A stretch of 64,000 nt of DNA from Octopus vulgaris (lineage: Eukaryota). The stretch's first letter is position 1. Every line of letters starts with the position of its first letter. Shown one piece after another: positions 1 through 12,770 of the stretch. The stretch lies in NCBI GenBank assembly GCA_951406725.2, contig OX597814.1, forward strand, positions 212,226,001 through 212,290,000, read 5' to 3'. The position numbers and the translations under genes are program-made. The notes beneath the pieces were generated by a model. It did not search any database, was not told the origin of the DNA, and was given only the letters and a program-made list of their open reading frames with translations.

Positions 1-580
1 GATGCATTTTGATGAAAACATGCTTTTTACTTGAAAGCTGTTTGAATTAGTAATTAAAGTTTGAAATTGGAAAAAATATCTTTTGATTCAAAGGTGGTAT
101 TATTATAGAAAAAAAAGCAAATTTTTATTGATATCTTTTTGCCGATCATAGTATTATGTAAAATGAATTATGATCAATCGTTAAACTATAGATATCGTGT
201 CGCCGAACAAATATGTTATGCAACACAGAAAATTAGAATATTGGATATGTATATTCTAGGTCCAAAATGATTGTACTGATAGACGACTGGAAAATTAATT
301 AAAGGATGAACGGTGAAGCATGTTGTAGCAAACATTGAGCTGAAATGTTGACCATGGTCTCCATTCGTCAAATACGAAAGATAAGAAGTATGGCTATGGA
401 GCTCGATACAGTTTCAAACAGTAAACTGATACGAATCAAATTCAAGTGTTTTTTCATGTGGCGGTAAATGGGTTGTGAAAGTCATATAAACTCCCCCCTT
501 AACCGTTGTTATTATAATTTTACTATCAAATATATTTTGTGGCCTCCCTAGAAATGAGAAACAACAACCACAAAAACAGC

Positions 581-588
581 AACTACTT

Positions 589-636
<48 letters not shown>

Positions 637-704
637 TTACTACTACTACTACTAGTGGTAGTAGTAGTAGTATTAGTAGTAGCAGCAGCAGCAGCAGTAG
701 CTGC

Positions 705-744
<40 letters not shown>

Positions 745-775
745 CGACTACTACAACTAGGACGACTAGGACGAC
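581..775. repeat. (CTA)n followed directly by (TAG)n: self-complementary trinucleotide microsatellite
   Basis: ctactacta... from about 581 to 652 switches at 'actagt' to gtagtagt... up to about 745; this is the source of the spurious poly-T/S/L/V ORFs. Confidence 0.95.
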
Positions 776-959
776 GATAACACACGCATATTCATACGCA
801 CATATATATATAAATATACATAAAGTCCAATACACGTAACGTACGTTTATACACATGTGTGAGCGCCTGCGTGCGTGTATGTTTGTATGTGAGTGTGTGC
901 CTTGTGTGTGCAAAATATTACTAATGTACTTACATTCGAACAGGATTTCTTCATATATA

Positions 960-1190
960 TTTCTTTACTACCCACAAGGGGCTAAACATAGAGGGGACAA
1001 ACAAGGACAGACAAACGGATTAAGTCGATTACATAGACCCCAGTGCGAAAGTGGTACTTTATTTATCGACCCAGAAAGGATGAAAGGCAAAGTCGACCTC
1101 AGCGGAATTTGAACCCAGAACGTAACGGCAGACGAAATACGGCTACGCATTTCGCCCGGCGTGCTAACGTTTCTGCCAGCTCGCCGTCTT
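960..1190 (-). mobile_element. tRNA-derived SINE, family A (head GGCGAGCTGGCAGAAACGTTAGCAC)
   Basis: Minus strand has A-box-like TGGCAGAAACGTTAG and B-box GTTCAAATTCC, central CCTTTCATCCTTT..GGGTCGATAAA; 14-bp TSD tttcttcatatata at 946-959 and 1196-1209; near-identical copy at 62693-62925. Confidence 0.93.
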
Positions 1191-1379
1191 AATGCTTTCT
1201 TCATATATACGTAATCACACACATACTCATACATAAATATATATATATATGCCGATATATAAATATATTTATCATTCTTTAAGAAGAATAGCATTGACAG
1301 TGACATCGACGTCTCACCGAGCTAAGCCACTATCTGACTGTGGCACATTTGATTTCATTTAAACATTATATAGTCAGTC

Positions 1380-2540
1380 TTATATAAAGTCAGTCTTAAC
1401 TTAATTTTCTGGAGTACGTGGAGTTCAGTTGAATGATATTTTGGTTTCAGTGCGGATTGTAATGGACAGGTGTAATGGAAAAACTTTATTTGATTGAATT
1501 TGGATTCGTCTTATTGTTCAGAATGTATTCATGTATGTAGAAGTATTTATCTGGTGTGTTCATTTAACTGCGTCATCTTCAGGTCACAGAAGTATTTCTT
1601 TCGGTTTAGCAAAGGGACATGGATAGCTGAAACGAATGAGTTTTCCGGTAGATGTGCTTCTAGATAAACATGTTTGTTTTCTTTGGATATTAATAGGAAA
1701 TATAAGCTTTTGTAGTGGGAATGTGGAGGTTAATTTTCAGGATTCAGTCGAGCATTTAGATTCTTGTAGCTACATGCACTTATTTCGGTGTGTCAACTTT
1801 CAAATCATTGGGTTTTTATAGGTTCACTAAACGATAGAAGTAATTCGAAAGTTCAGTTGGTGAAAATATTTCTTGACTTCTTGATATTAAAAATATTGCA
1901 AAATATTGTTTGTTTGAGGACGATATAGGCCATCAATCAAACATGTCATGTTGCTAATCTAGTAATTTGCATATTTTATACATAAATGGTCACAAAAGTA
2001 TGTAGGTAGGTGTGACGTTTGGTTGATGAGTAAATTTCTATCTCTGTCTCAATTGATCTAGATAGGATTCTATTTACAAATTGTTTGATAGCCTAACTCT
2101 CCGAAATCCCGATTCTACTATCAATACGGTACTTGTTATAGAATACTAAATTTGAACTCTTCAAAATGTGTTGGTTAAATCTTCAGTTTGTAGTTAAATT
2201 GCCTTTATTATATCTATAAGAATTTATAAATTTCGAAATACAGTCAATTAATTGTCTTTTTGGAATCGTGGATCTCGCAGAAGGTAGAGCGACAGGAATA
2301 CTATACAAATACTGGGTAAAATATCCCATAAATAGAAAACGGTCAAGGCTTCACTTGGAACATAATTCCATGATATAGATAAGTTTACATCCTTTCGAAT
2401 TCTGTAAAACGTATACAGAAACACGAAAAATTGTTTGGTCCAATGGGAGAAAATTTGTAATATTTACAGGAGATAGGGGTTCCTTTTTACCAATATTTTC
2501 ATGGTAATATCTATAGCTCCATTTGCTTCAAGATCCATTC
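1380..2540 (-). pseudogene. highly decayed Penelope-like reverse transcriptase remnant
   Basis: Broken minus-strand peptides ..TQYLYSIP (cf. DVxSLYTNIP) and GLYRPQTNNILQYF (cf. YRKPTxxxxYL); many stops and frameshifts. Confidence 0.4.
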
Positions 2541-2683
2541 TTCCAAAAAGGATTGTGTATCTATCTATCTATGTATCTGCCTATATGTCTGTCCGTATAT
2601 TTATCTTCCTAGGTAGCTAACCAATCTTTCTGTCTGTCTCGATATCTGTATGTGTGTCTGTCTATCTCTCTATCTATCTATCA

Positions 2684-2719
<36 letters not shown>

Positions 2720-2821
2720 TTACATACATTATATGTATATATATATATATATATATATGCATACACACACACATTTATATATATATATATAGATAGATAG
2801 ATACATACATACATACATACA

Positions 2822-2853
<32 letters not shown>

Positions 2854-2972
2854 GATATACAGAGAAAGGGAGAGAGATTGTTTGAAGTGTTGTACAGATT
2901 TTATACATAAAGAAAAAGAAGGTAGTAAACATTTGAATAAGAAACACATATCTATCATTTCGTCTCTCTGAG

Positions 2973-3190
2973 AAGGCGGCGAGCTGGCAGAAACGTTAGC
3001 ACACCCGGCGAAATGCTTAGCGTTATTTCGTCCCCCGTTACGTTCTGAGTTCAAATTCCGCCGAGGTCGACTTTTCCTTTCATCCTTCAAGGGTCGATAG
3101 ATTAACTACTACACGCACACTGGGGTCGATCTAATCGACTGCATCACCTTCCCAAAAACATTCGGGCCTTGTGCCTAGAGTAGAACGGGA
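2973..3190 (+). mobile_element. SINE family A, alternative 3' tail
   Basis: Same head and central domain as 960-1190 but tail GGGCCTTGTGCCTAGAGTAGAA; imperfect TSD atttcgtctctctg / atttcgcccctctctg. Confidence 0.9.
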
Positions 3191-3555
3191 TTTCGCCCCT
3201 CTCTGGGACCAAAACGCTAAATATATTTTAAATATATATAAGTCTTTCAAAGGCACATGGCTTGCAAGACATCGGTGACATGGAGAGAGGGAGCTGTTAT
3301 GCATGGCCAATTATAGGTCTTCTATAGATATATTGCCCAGATTTGTGCCTCGGAGCGAAACATTCTTGGAGCAATCCGATAGTCAGCCATGACCAAGGGG
3401 CTCTTTAGCATATTATCCTTTATATATATCATTACTACCTTTTTTTTCATAAGATGCATTTGTATGTATCTATATATATATATATATATCTATATCTATC
3501 TATCTAGTTATCTCTCACACTCTATATATATATATATATATACATGCATAAATGC

Positions 3556-3628
<73 letters not shown>

Positions 3629-4744
3629 TATATACATATATATATATATACACATATATATACACATTGTAAGCGAATATCATTTTACATGCGAATACAA
3701 GGATTATTGGCCTGTTCAAAGAAAGCATGTATGGTAGCAGGGGTGTTTGGCTAACGTAAACATTTCAGTAAAGATAAATGTGGTGTTGTCAAAAATCTTT
3801 CTCTAATGAAACCATAGGGAGAGTTAATTTCTGCGTGTCGCAATTTAAAAACTCTGGACAATGAAGGTGTCAAGGAATTAAAGTATTCTAAACCTCAAGA
3901 ACTGTTCCAACTGCTTGCAATAGAATGCACCCAACGAAAGTCTTCCCAGCTTCAAGTAATTCGTGTTAAACTGGAAGATATCTTAATTCTGCAACTCAAC
4001 TAGCCTGTGCTCAGAGCAGAGGCAAAAAGAAATATCGTAAGTCATGAGATCTACTTTGCTTACCCGCCCCCTAATTTATCGATCTTTCAGAGGTCTACTC
4101 TTAGTGGGGTTCGAAAGGATTTACTGCAAACTTCTCAACGTTAGACAGTACAGCATTTATAGTGAAATGAATAAATAAATATCTAAATAAATGTATAATC
4201 CATATATCTCAGTCTCTTTCTATCAGCTGGACTTCCAATTGTTTTGAAAGATATGTTTTCAATACATTCTGTTTATTATATACATAGTTTCTAAGCAACC
4301 AAAAGGTCTGCTCTTAGTAAAATTCACATGGGCAGATTTTCAACAGGAACTGTAATCTTCTTTTCCATATAAAAGCAACTGAATGGTGGAAAACATCGAT
4401 ATCTTTCACTAGCAGTTTCCCATTATTCACTTTTCAGGTGTTTACTTCACGTTTCGAAACATTCGATGCGTGTGAGATATGGAAATATGAAACGTAAATA
4501 ATAATGTATTTTCTAAATCCAACTTTTATTGGCTTAACAGGAGTTCCTTCTTATCATGATGTGTGTGAATGTTGGCGCGTGAGTGTGTTCGTGCGTGTGT
4601 GGGTGTAGGTGTGAGTGTTTAGAATTTTGATTGGATCTCGAAGTAAATGAAGCTATAAATAATAGCGTGTTGTATATAAATATAAATCCCTTGCATGTAT
4701 ATAGGTATAAATCCCTTCTATTCGCTAATATCTATGGCATTATT

Positions 4745-5080
4745 AAAGCGGCGAGTCCGCCGAGTGCGACTTTACATTTCATCCTTTCGGGGTCGAGAAA
4801 GTAAGTACTAGCTGAGTACTGGGGTCGATGTAATCGATTATACCAGCCCCAAATTTCAGGCGTTGTGCATATTGTTATTAAAGTGGTGAGCTGGGAAAAT
4901 CGTTAGCGCGCCGGGCAAAATGCTATGCGCCATTTTGTATGTTTTTTACGCTCTGAGTTCAAATTCCACGAAGGTAGAATTTACCTGGTCTCCTTTCTGG
5001 ATTGATAAAATAAATACCGTTTGATTTAATCTAAATAACTCTCCGCGAAACTGCTGGTCTTGTACTAAAACTTGAGAGCA
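4745..5080 (+). mobile_element. two adjacent degraded family A SINEs
   Basis: aaagcggcgag..catcctttcggggtcga..ctggggtcgatgtaatcga (4745-4870), then aaagtggtgagctgg..gagttcaaattcc (4878-5080). Confidence 0.8.
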
Positions 5081-5230
5081 GTATCGTCATCTATACAACA
5101 ATAAAAAATTTAAATATTCATATCGTTCGAAGGCAATAAATGTTATGACTAAAAGAATTTACATTGAAGTATGTATTTGTATGTCTATTGGCATGTGATT
5201 ACATATGTGTCTTCTTTTCAGTATTTTTTT

Positions 5231-5646
5231 CTTTCTTTCTTTTCTTTTACTTGTTTCAGACATTTGACTGCGGCCATGCTGGACCATCACCTTTAGTCGA
5301 GCAACTCGACCCCGTGACTTATTCTTTGTAAGCCCAGTACTTATTCTATCGGTCTCTTTTGCCGAACCGCTAGGTGACGAGGACATAAACACACCAGCAT
5401 CGGTTGTCAAGCAATGCTAGGGGGACAAACACAGACACACAAACACACACGCACACACATAAATATATATATACATATATACAACGGGCTTCTTTCAATT
5501 TCCGTCTACCAAATCCACTCACAAGGCTTTGATCGGCCAGAGGCTATAGAAGAAGACACTTGCCCAAGGTGCCACGTAGTGGGACTGAACCCGGAACCAC
5601 GTGGTTGGTAAGCAAGCTACTTACCACAGAACCACTCCTGCGCCTA
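5231..5646 (-). mobile_element. tRNA-derived CORE-like SINE, family B (head GGCGCAGGAGTGGCTGTGTGGTAAG)
   Basis: B-box GGTTCAGTCCC, CORE-like CCTTGGGCAAGTGTCTT, internal TA/TG microsatellite, tail ..GACTGAAACAAGTAAAAGA-like; many copies in the window. Confidence 0.93.
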
Positions 5647-6009
5647 TATGTATGTGTGTATGTATGTACGTATGTATGTATGTATGTATGTATGTATGTA
5701 TGTATGTATGTATGTATGTATATATGTATGTATGTATGCTAATTGCATGTCGTATAGTGGCTACACGGCCACAATAAGTAATATGCTTACAGAAGAGCTC
5801 AATCTGCTTAATGTCAAGTCTTCTATCTACTCTCTGCTTTACACTATACCGTAGATATACAAATCAAATTCGACAAAGCGAAGTCAATAACGAGCAAATG
5901 CAACACAAATTTTGTAACCAGGTAATATCCCTCAGGAAAGAGAATGAGAACTACTCAGAAGACGAATTTCATAAATTTATATTCTTTTATGTTGATTATT
6001 TGTCTCTCA

Positions 6010-6322
6010 ATCGGTTACGACGACGAGGGTTGCAGTTTATGTGGTCAACGGTACAGTCTGCTCGTAAAATTAACGTGCACGTAACTAAACACTTCACTGT
6101 TACCTGTACCCTTAACTAGTTCTCAGTGAGACAGCGAGACACATAGTGCAAGAAGGCTGACCCTATAAAATAGAGGTAACCATTAATTTCTGTCACCTGA
6201 GTTGGCTGCAGCAACATGAAATAAAATTTCTTGCTCAAGGACACAACGGACTACCTCGAATCCAACTCATAACCTTACGATCATGAGCCAAATATCCCTA
6301 ACTGTAAAAGCACACACTTTCT
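6010..6322 (-). mobile_element. degraded SINE related to family C
   Basis: Matches the 37773-38157 copy (tcggttacgacgacgagggt, ctcgtaaaattaacgtgca, gtacccttaac.tagttctc). Confidence 0.7.
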
Positions 6323-6487
6323 GGCGCAGGAGTGGCTGTGTGGTAAGTAGCTTGCTAACCAACTACGTGGTTCCGGGTTCAATCCTACTGCGTGGCATCT
6401 TGGGCAAGTGTCTTCTGCTATAGCCTCGGGCCAACCAAAGCCTTATGAGTGGATTTGGTAGACGGAAACTGAAAGAAGCCTGTCGTA

Positions 6488-6563
<76 letters not shown>

Positions 6564-6778
6564 ATTGTGTGTCTGTGTTTGTCCCTCTAGCATTACTTGA
6601 TAACCGATGCTAGTGTGTACGTCCCCGTCACTTAGCGGTTCGGCAAAAGAGGCCGATATAATAAGTACTGGGCTTACAAAGAATAAGTCCTGGGGTCGAT
6701 TTGCTCGACTAAAGGCGGTGCTCCAGCATGGCCGGAGTTAAATGACTGAAACAAGTAACGAAGTAAAAGAGTAAAAGA
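6323..6778 (+). mobile_element. SINE family B, full length
   Basis: ggcgcaggagtggctgtgtggtaag...gactgaaacaagtaac..gtaaaagag. Confidence 0.95.
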
Positions 6779-6949
6779 ATTTATAAAAATAATTTTCAAA
6801 ATATACAGTAGAGCACTTTATCTACTTAGCAGATTTTCACCTGTCGCGGAGGGATTTGGAAGGGAACACCCGTGATAGTCGAGGGATTAGTGTATACAAA
6901 CATACCTGCATATACATATATATATGCATATATACATATGTGGGTTGCA

Positions 6950-6985
<36 letters not shown>

Positions 6986-7217
6986 AGTGTTAGTTGATCA
7001 GAAACTACAACTTCATAGATCATACTCCGGATTTCCTCTTGTCAAATATCGTTCTGCTATGGAAATTCGGAAATCGTTATACCGGATTATATCTGACCGA
7101 TTTCCTGGCCGTTATATAATGAATGAAAGTAGAAATATAGTTAATAAAAGTATACTACACTTGAAAACTACTTCATGTCATTGTATAATGTGTGTGCTTT
7201 ATGTAGCACTAGTATAA

Positions 7218-7632
7218 CTACTATATGGCTCAGAAACCTGGGCGTTATCGAAGAAGCTTGAGAGGCGGTTGGATGGAACCTACACTCGCCTCCTTATGAG
7301 AGCTCAAAATCTCTCGTGGAAGCGCCATCCAACCAAAATGCAAATATATGGGAAACTACCACCTGTGTCATCTCTTGTGAAAGGTAGGAGAGTCCAGTTT
7401 GCTGGACATTGTTGTAGAGCTGAAAAAGAAGTAATTTCTACTCTTCTCCTCTGGAAGCCATCTACTCGCAATACCAGAGGGCGTACACTCTCCTACCCTG
7501 ATGTAATCTCCAGGGATACAGGCATCCAGCAACAGGACCTCCGTAATGCCACGATGGACAGTGAAGTCTGGCGTAGCATGGTAAATTCCATTGTCTCGAC
7601 CACGGTCGAACAAGGATGATGATGATAATGAT
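7218..7632 (+). mobile_element. 5'-truncated RTE-like LINE, 3' end of the RT ORF plus tail
   Basis: LLYGSETWALSKKLERRLDGTY..RRVQFAGHCCR..W..: post-RT C-terminus typical of RTE-type LINEs; ORF 7269-7619 is followed directly by a (GAT)n tail. Confidence 0.85.
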
Positions 7633-9215
7633 AATACAAAATATTCTTATTAATTTTTGCTAAAATAAAAACATTCTGTAAAACAATACGGAATGTATCT
7701 TGGCATATGCATGATTTGGATTACGTAATATTTTGAAACATATTTGTGTATATACGCACAAATATATATATATGTTTTATGTATGGTAAATATATGAACG
7801 ACTACCATTGTTAATACGTTGTCAGTTTGAACCAGAGACTTCGCAATTTCGAAGTGAATTTTTTTATCAATCTGCTATTCTGCATGTACATCTTCAATAT
7901 AATTGAAGTTAGTCCGTTATATTTCCTAGGTAAACTCATGTTCTCAATTAGGATTTTTGCAAGGTTGATTCATGTTTTCCAGATGCACTCATTAATATGA
8001 TAGAGAAATATTTTGGAAAGACGCAGTTACAAATAAGAGGAAGTATTATGCTATTGTTGCTTATAATTTTCCTGTAGAAAATATTACTTGAACTGGAAAC
8101 GGTTGTTGGAGCTCGAAAAATTGCGTAAACAAATTTGCTAACATAACATGTATTATTATTTAACAGTTCATTGGATCCATGATATATCGGAGCTTGTTAT
8201 GATATTACATTTAAGAAGCTTATGGTTGTATATACTTGAAACTCTACCTAAAAGCCGCATTATATCATTAATATGCGGCTTATGGTTACAATACAGTCAT
8301 TTCCTTGTATTATAAATGTGAAGCTATTATCATGGAGATAATTATGAGAAACATTACTGAATATCTCCTTTATCTGAAGATAAGTAGAATATCCGTTGAG
8401 AATAAATATTATTCGGGTTTAAATCCTTATTTATACAAAATAGCCTTGTATTCATTCGGTAATTTTAAAATGTTATTTTCTAATCTTCATGCAGCATCTT
8501 TGAAATGAACTGCGCTACTATTATGAATGATAATCTTTTGAAGAAGATTTTGCTTTCGGAATGCACCAGATCCATTCCCCATTAAGCTTTGCTTGACACA
8601 ATAGCAAACCACTCATTAAAAATCTCGTCGAATAAAAGAAAGAAACATATAAGAGCGTTAAAATCAATCAATTCCAATAACTTCACGCAATATTGCAGGG
8701 TAGTGTCCTTCCATAAAAAGACTGCACAATTCGCTTTTTTAAAGTTTACTCATCAAGAGACAAACTAGCTATTCTTATGTGCATAACGACTTTCGCATCA
8801 AAATCCCTATTAGATACGACAATAGTGAGAAACGGTAAAACATTTAGCGGGAAGTAATTATTTTTAGTTGGTTAGAAATAGAGGATATCAAATTCTGTGA
8901 ATACAACATGCTTTCCTTGGACAAAAGTTTGAAAATTAGAACTTATTTAGTTAAATGTTTAAAGTAATATTTGAATCGAATAGTAGTTGTGCATAACAAT
9001 TCTAATTTAAATAATCTGTTCCGAAATTTTGGCTATGACACTACACTATTCTCTTACAGTGGATCTGCGTTTTCCATAAACGGAGAGAAATATATCTAAA
9101 TAAAATGGATTTCAAAATTTGAATGCTATATACACCTATCTAAATCTTTCTGTCATTTATTACTCTCGAATTTGGATATTCGCATTTTTACCTAATACAT
9201 AATGTACACAAACAA

Positions 9216-9360
9216 ATGAGCTGGTGAACTGTTAGAATGCCGCGCAAAATGCTTAGCGGCATTTTGTCCTTCTTTGCATACTGAGTTCTAACACCAACGA
9301 CAGCTACTTTGCCTATCATCATTTGCTGGGGCTGATAAAATAAGTGCTAGTTGAGCAATG
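9216..9360 (+). mobile_element. degraded family A SINE
   Basis: tgagctggtgaactgttagaatgccgcgcaaaatgcttagcggcatt..gataaaataagt. Confidence 0.7.
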
Positions 9361-9611
9361 ATATCATCGATATCGTTGATGCTGAAACAATATATTTAGC
9401 TACAAAAGGTTTGCATTAGCGCAACGTTGTTGTTAAAATAATGCTAGGGGAACGGATGACAAACTTTTGTATGTGTCTCTGTTATTGTCATGAAGTCTGC
9501 TTTTGTCGAATTTCCAAGAGCTGACATATTAAGAAAATTGGAAATTATGTTTCAAATAGTTACATGACTTAGTCTCTTTGCTAGCGTTTTTATGTTTAAA
9601 TGCAGAAAACT

Positions 9612-9682
<71 letters not shown>

Positions 9683-9975
9683 CGTCATCGTAAAGAAATA
9701 GGGAAAATGAGAAGGGTATAGATTAATGAAATAGTGACATAGAGGACAGGAGAAAATGAATAAGTTGAAAAAAGGAAGAAAGAGAGGAAAAAAGAAGCAT
9801 ACATTTCACATTTCAACTTTCCGATTGTGTAGTTGTTAGTCCATAAATCCTTAGATGCAATCCTGTGTAAATCCATGCACGTTAAATTCGTAATAGCATA
9901 GTTATCCAGAAGTAGAAGTAAGAGAATGATAGCGGAGCTGGATATTGAGGGGTAAAGAGAAAGAAGAATAAAGAC

Positions 9976-10345
9976 GAGCATTCAGAGAGCGCAAACCTCC
10001 GCCAAGACAAAACCAACATCCTCTCTACGATTAACTGGAGATGAAGTCTATAATCAGAATATTAGAAATAAATTGGACTGCTCTCACAAACAAGACTGCT
10101 AAACATGAACCCGACCGCTCTCAAAAATTAAGTAAAAAGTAAAACAGGAAAGATGATCCAGAATCCTTGTCCTCTGTCGGATCGATACCAAAATATAATC
10201 AGTTAATGCCAATCACAAGGCAACAATTCACTGAAAGTTTCGTTTGAATCCATCCAGTGGTTCTTGAGATATCTTGTGCACGGTCAAGCACAAAAACGTG
10301 ACTGAAAAACAATACCTCCACCTTCGCTAAGGTGGAGGTATTAAA
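9976..10345 (-). mobile_element. DINE-1/HINE-like non-autonomous element (Helentron-associated type)
   Basis: Palindrome AATACCTCCACCTTCGCTAAGGTGGAGGTATT at 10311-10342, subterminal CCTCCGCCAAG near the other end, short terminal hairpin GCGCTCTCTGAATGC; no ORF. Confidence 0.65.
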
Positions 10346-10499
10346 TAGAGAGACAGGTAGAGGGAAGGAGGGGGAAGGCAATGATTGATATTAAGGATAG
10401 AATAAGGTATATAAAATATAGTGTACAACAAGAATCAAGAATATAAATATGTAAAAATATAGAAGGGTAAATAAGGAGCGAGGAGGAAGTAAAGGAAGA

Positions 10500-12420
10500 T
10501 AAAGTAAAAAAACACAAAATAAAGTAAAATGAATGCCAGTGGTATTCTTCTAGCGTTTAGCGGTCGAGGAGGAAATCTAGCAGTAAATGCACGTGTGCGT
10601 TTTATGGATAAGGTCAGTGGCTGTAGAAATATTTTTAGGTATGGGGTATGGGGGTGTAGGCAGTCGTGAATGGAGACACCTTTGATTGTAAAATTATTTA
10701 AGGAATAAGTTAGATTTAAATATTAGGGGATCATGTTAGCGATAATGAAGGTATGTATGTCAGTCTTATGTGATCGGGGTGGATTTAATTATGGATTAAT
10801 GGAAGAATTTAAAAGTACGGAAGAATGTGTGTTTACACGTTGTGAATTATTCGCTTCGTTTGTTAAGTATTTTGGTTGTAATTGTGAGGGTTTTTCAAAG
10901 CAGAGTCTACAAGTAGAGTGATGGCCCTCATATGGGATGCCAGAGTCTATTATAGTCCAGAATAGTCTATAATGCATTTTTTTTTATTAATTAGGTGGTG
11001 TACCTTGTTCGCTAGTGATGTGGAATTACTATTTTCTTTATATCTAAAGGAGTTTAAATGTGCATAATATCTTTTCTTAAAAGTTGTGGTAGATCTATCT
11101 AGTTGCTATTGCAGTTATTTACTATGTTGTAATCTTCTGAATCTTCTGCAATGGGCCATCAGCGGGTTGTCCGCCCCAGATCTGCAGTTGCTGCTTTCAG
11201 TTCTACGATGGTTAGTTGGAGAGAAAGATGAAGTAGGGCTACTGGTAGACAAGCTAAAGCTAGGGTCATGTTAGGTGAATCATTCATGATATTGCTGTTA
11301 TCATTGCTGTCATTTCTATCACCAATATCAACGCCATCGTTACCATTATTATTATTATCATCATTATCGTTATCGCCATCGCTATTACAGTTATTATTAT
11401 TACTAGTGCTACTACTACTTCTATGGCGATGGTGGTGGCGGTATTAGTGATATTATCATTGCAAATATTAGTATTAGCATTTGGAGTAAGAGTGTTAGTA
11501 ATAGTATCATTTTCAGTAATTATAATGTCGGCGTTGATGGTAGTATTAGCGTTATTGGTAGTCTTATTAACTGTTGTAGTATAGGTATTATAAGTTGTAA
11601 TATAGTTAGTACTGTTAGTATACATATGCCTATTAATGCTAACGTCGCTTTCAACTCTGCGCCCATTACCCTCCCAGGTGGGAAGTATATTATGTATAGA
11701 TTATTTAAAGTGGTTGAGCCAGAGGTATTGGATATGTAATTGCGAGCGTTATTAGTGCTTTCGCTGTGTAGGTCTATGGGAAGGTTGTATGCTTTTAGAT
11801 GGTAAGATCTAAATTTACGTTTGTTAGATGAGGCGGTAATAGATTATAAATTTGGTGTAGTGGAAAAGGATAATTTCAAAGTGGGTCTGTTAAAGATATA
11901 ATGATATTTGTGGTTGCGGGAGAAATTGGGCATCTACTATTTTAAAGAATGTTTTAGCAAACCCTAACGTTTAAAGCGAATGGTTCTGTGTACCGGAAAA
12001 TTGATCTCCTGCCGCTTTTATTATGCAAATTTGGGGAGGTGTAATTCCTAGTGTATGCTAGATGAGAGTTAGGCTTGACGTTAGTATTCTAAGAACTAAT
12101 GCTATGCGTGTGGGTAGTAGGTAGTCAAGATAATCCAACCGTAGTGGGAGGGATTGCCGAGCGTAAAGTTTAGAGAGGTGTTCTTTCAGTCTCGTTTTGG
12201 GTGTAAATTTAATCTCTTGGGAGAAACCACTAGCAGCTAGAGCTTGGTTGTTGGTTAGTTATTGAAGATTTCCTCAGTGGCTGATAGATTAACTATTCTG
12301 ATGGATATGCCTTTTGATTATACACTCGAACGTAGATTTCACTATAACCTTGGGACGTTCGTAATCCCTAACAGCACTTATCCAGCATACCTAGTCGTTT
12401 AGATCACCTGTGAACAAAAC
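10500..12420 (-). pseudogene. decayed Penelope-like element body
   Basis: Minus-strand fragments VVSPKRLNL (cf. N-terminal CxxxxxIPKGLxL) and LIFKSNLF..NQK (cf. GIY-YIG C-terminus); N/T-rich low-complexity middle; flanked by a ribozyme-bearing pLTR-like piece at 12475-12650. Confidence 0.4.
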
Positions 12421-12474
12421 CCTCATCTTTTGTATGTATATATACACATTGGTATAAATATATATGTATATGAT

Positions 12475-12646
12475 AGATCGTTAGCCACTACACATTTGTT
12501 CTCTCCTTGTTTTCTGTGTCCCTTTCTGTAGAAGAGAGTAGGCTCAAAACGTAAAAGACATTTCCTATTCCTGAGCGTTATACTAAACATATATTTGTTC
12601 TGTACACCACCTGTCTTCGTCCTTTGTAGTTTTTTTCGTAAACTTT

Positions 12647-12650
<4 letters not shown>
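12475..12650 (+). mobile_element. Penelope pLTR-like fragment with degenerate hammerhead core, abutting (TA)n
   Basis: CTGTAGAAGAGAGTAGGCTCAAAACGTAA at 12526-12554; homologous to 15820-15997. Confidence 0.7.
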
Positions 12651-12703
<53 letters not shown>

Positions 12704-12770
12704 CATACATAAATACATACATGCATACATACAAACATACAAACATACATACATACATACATACATGGTA

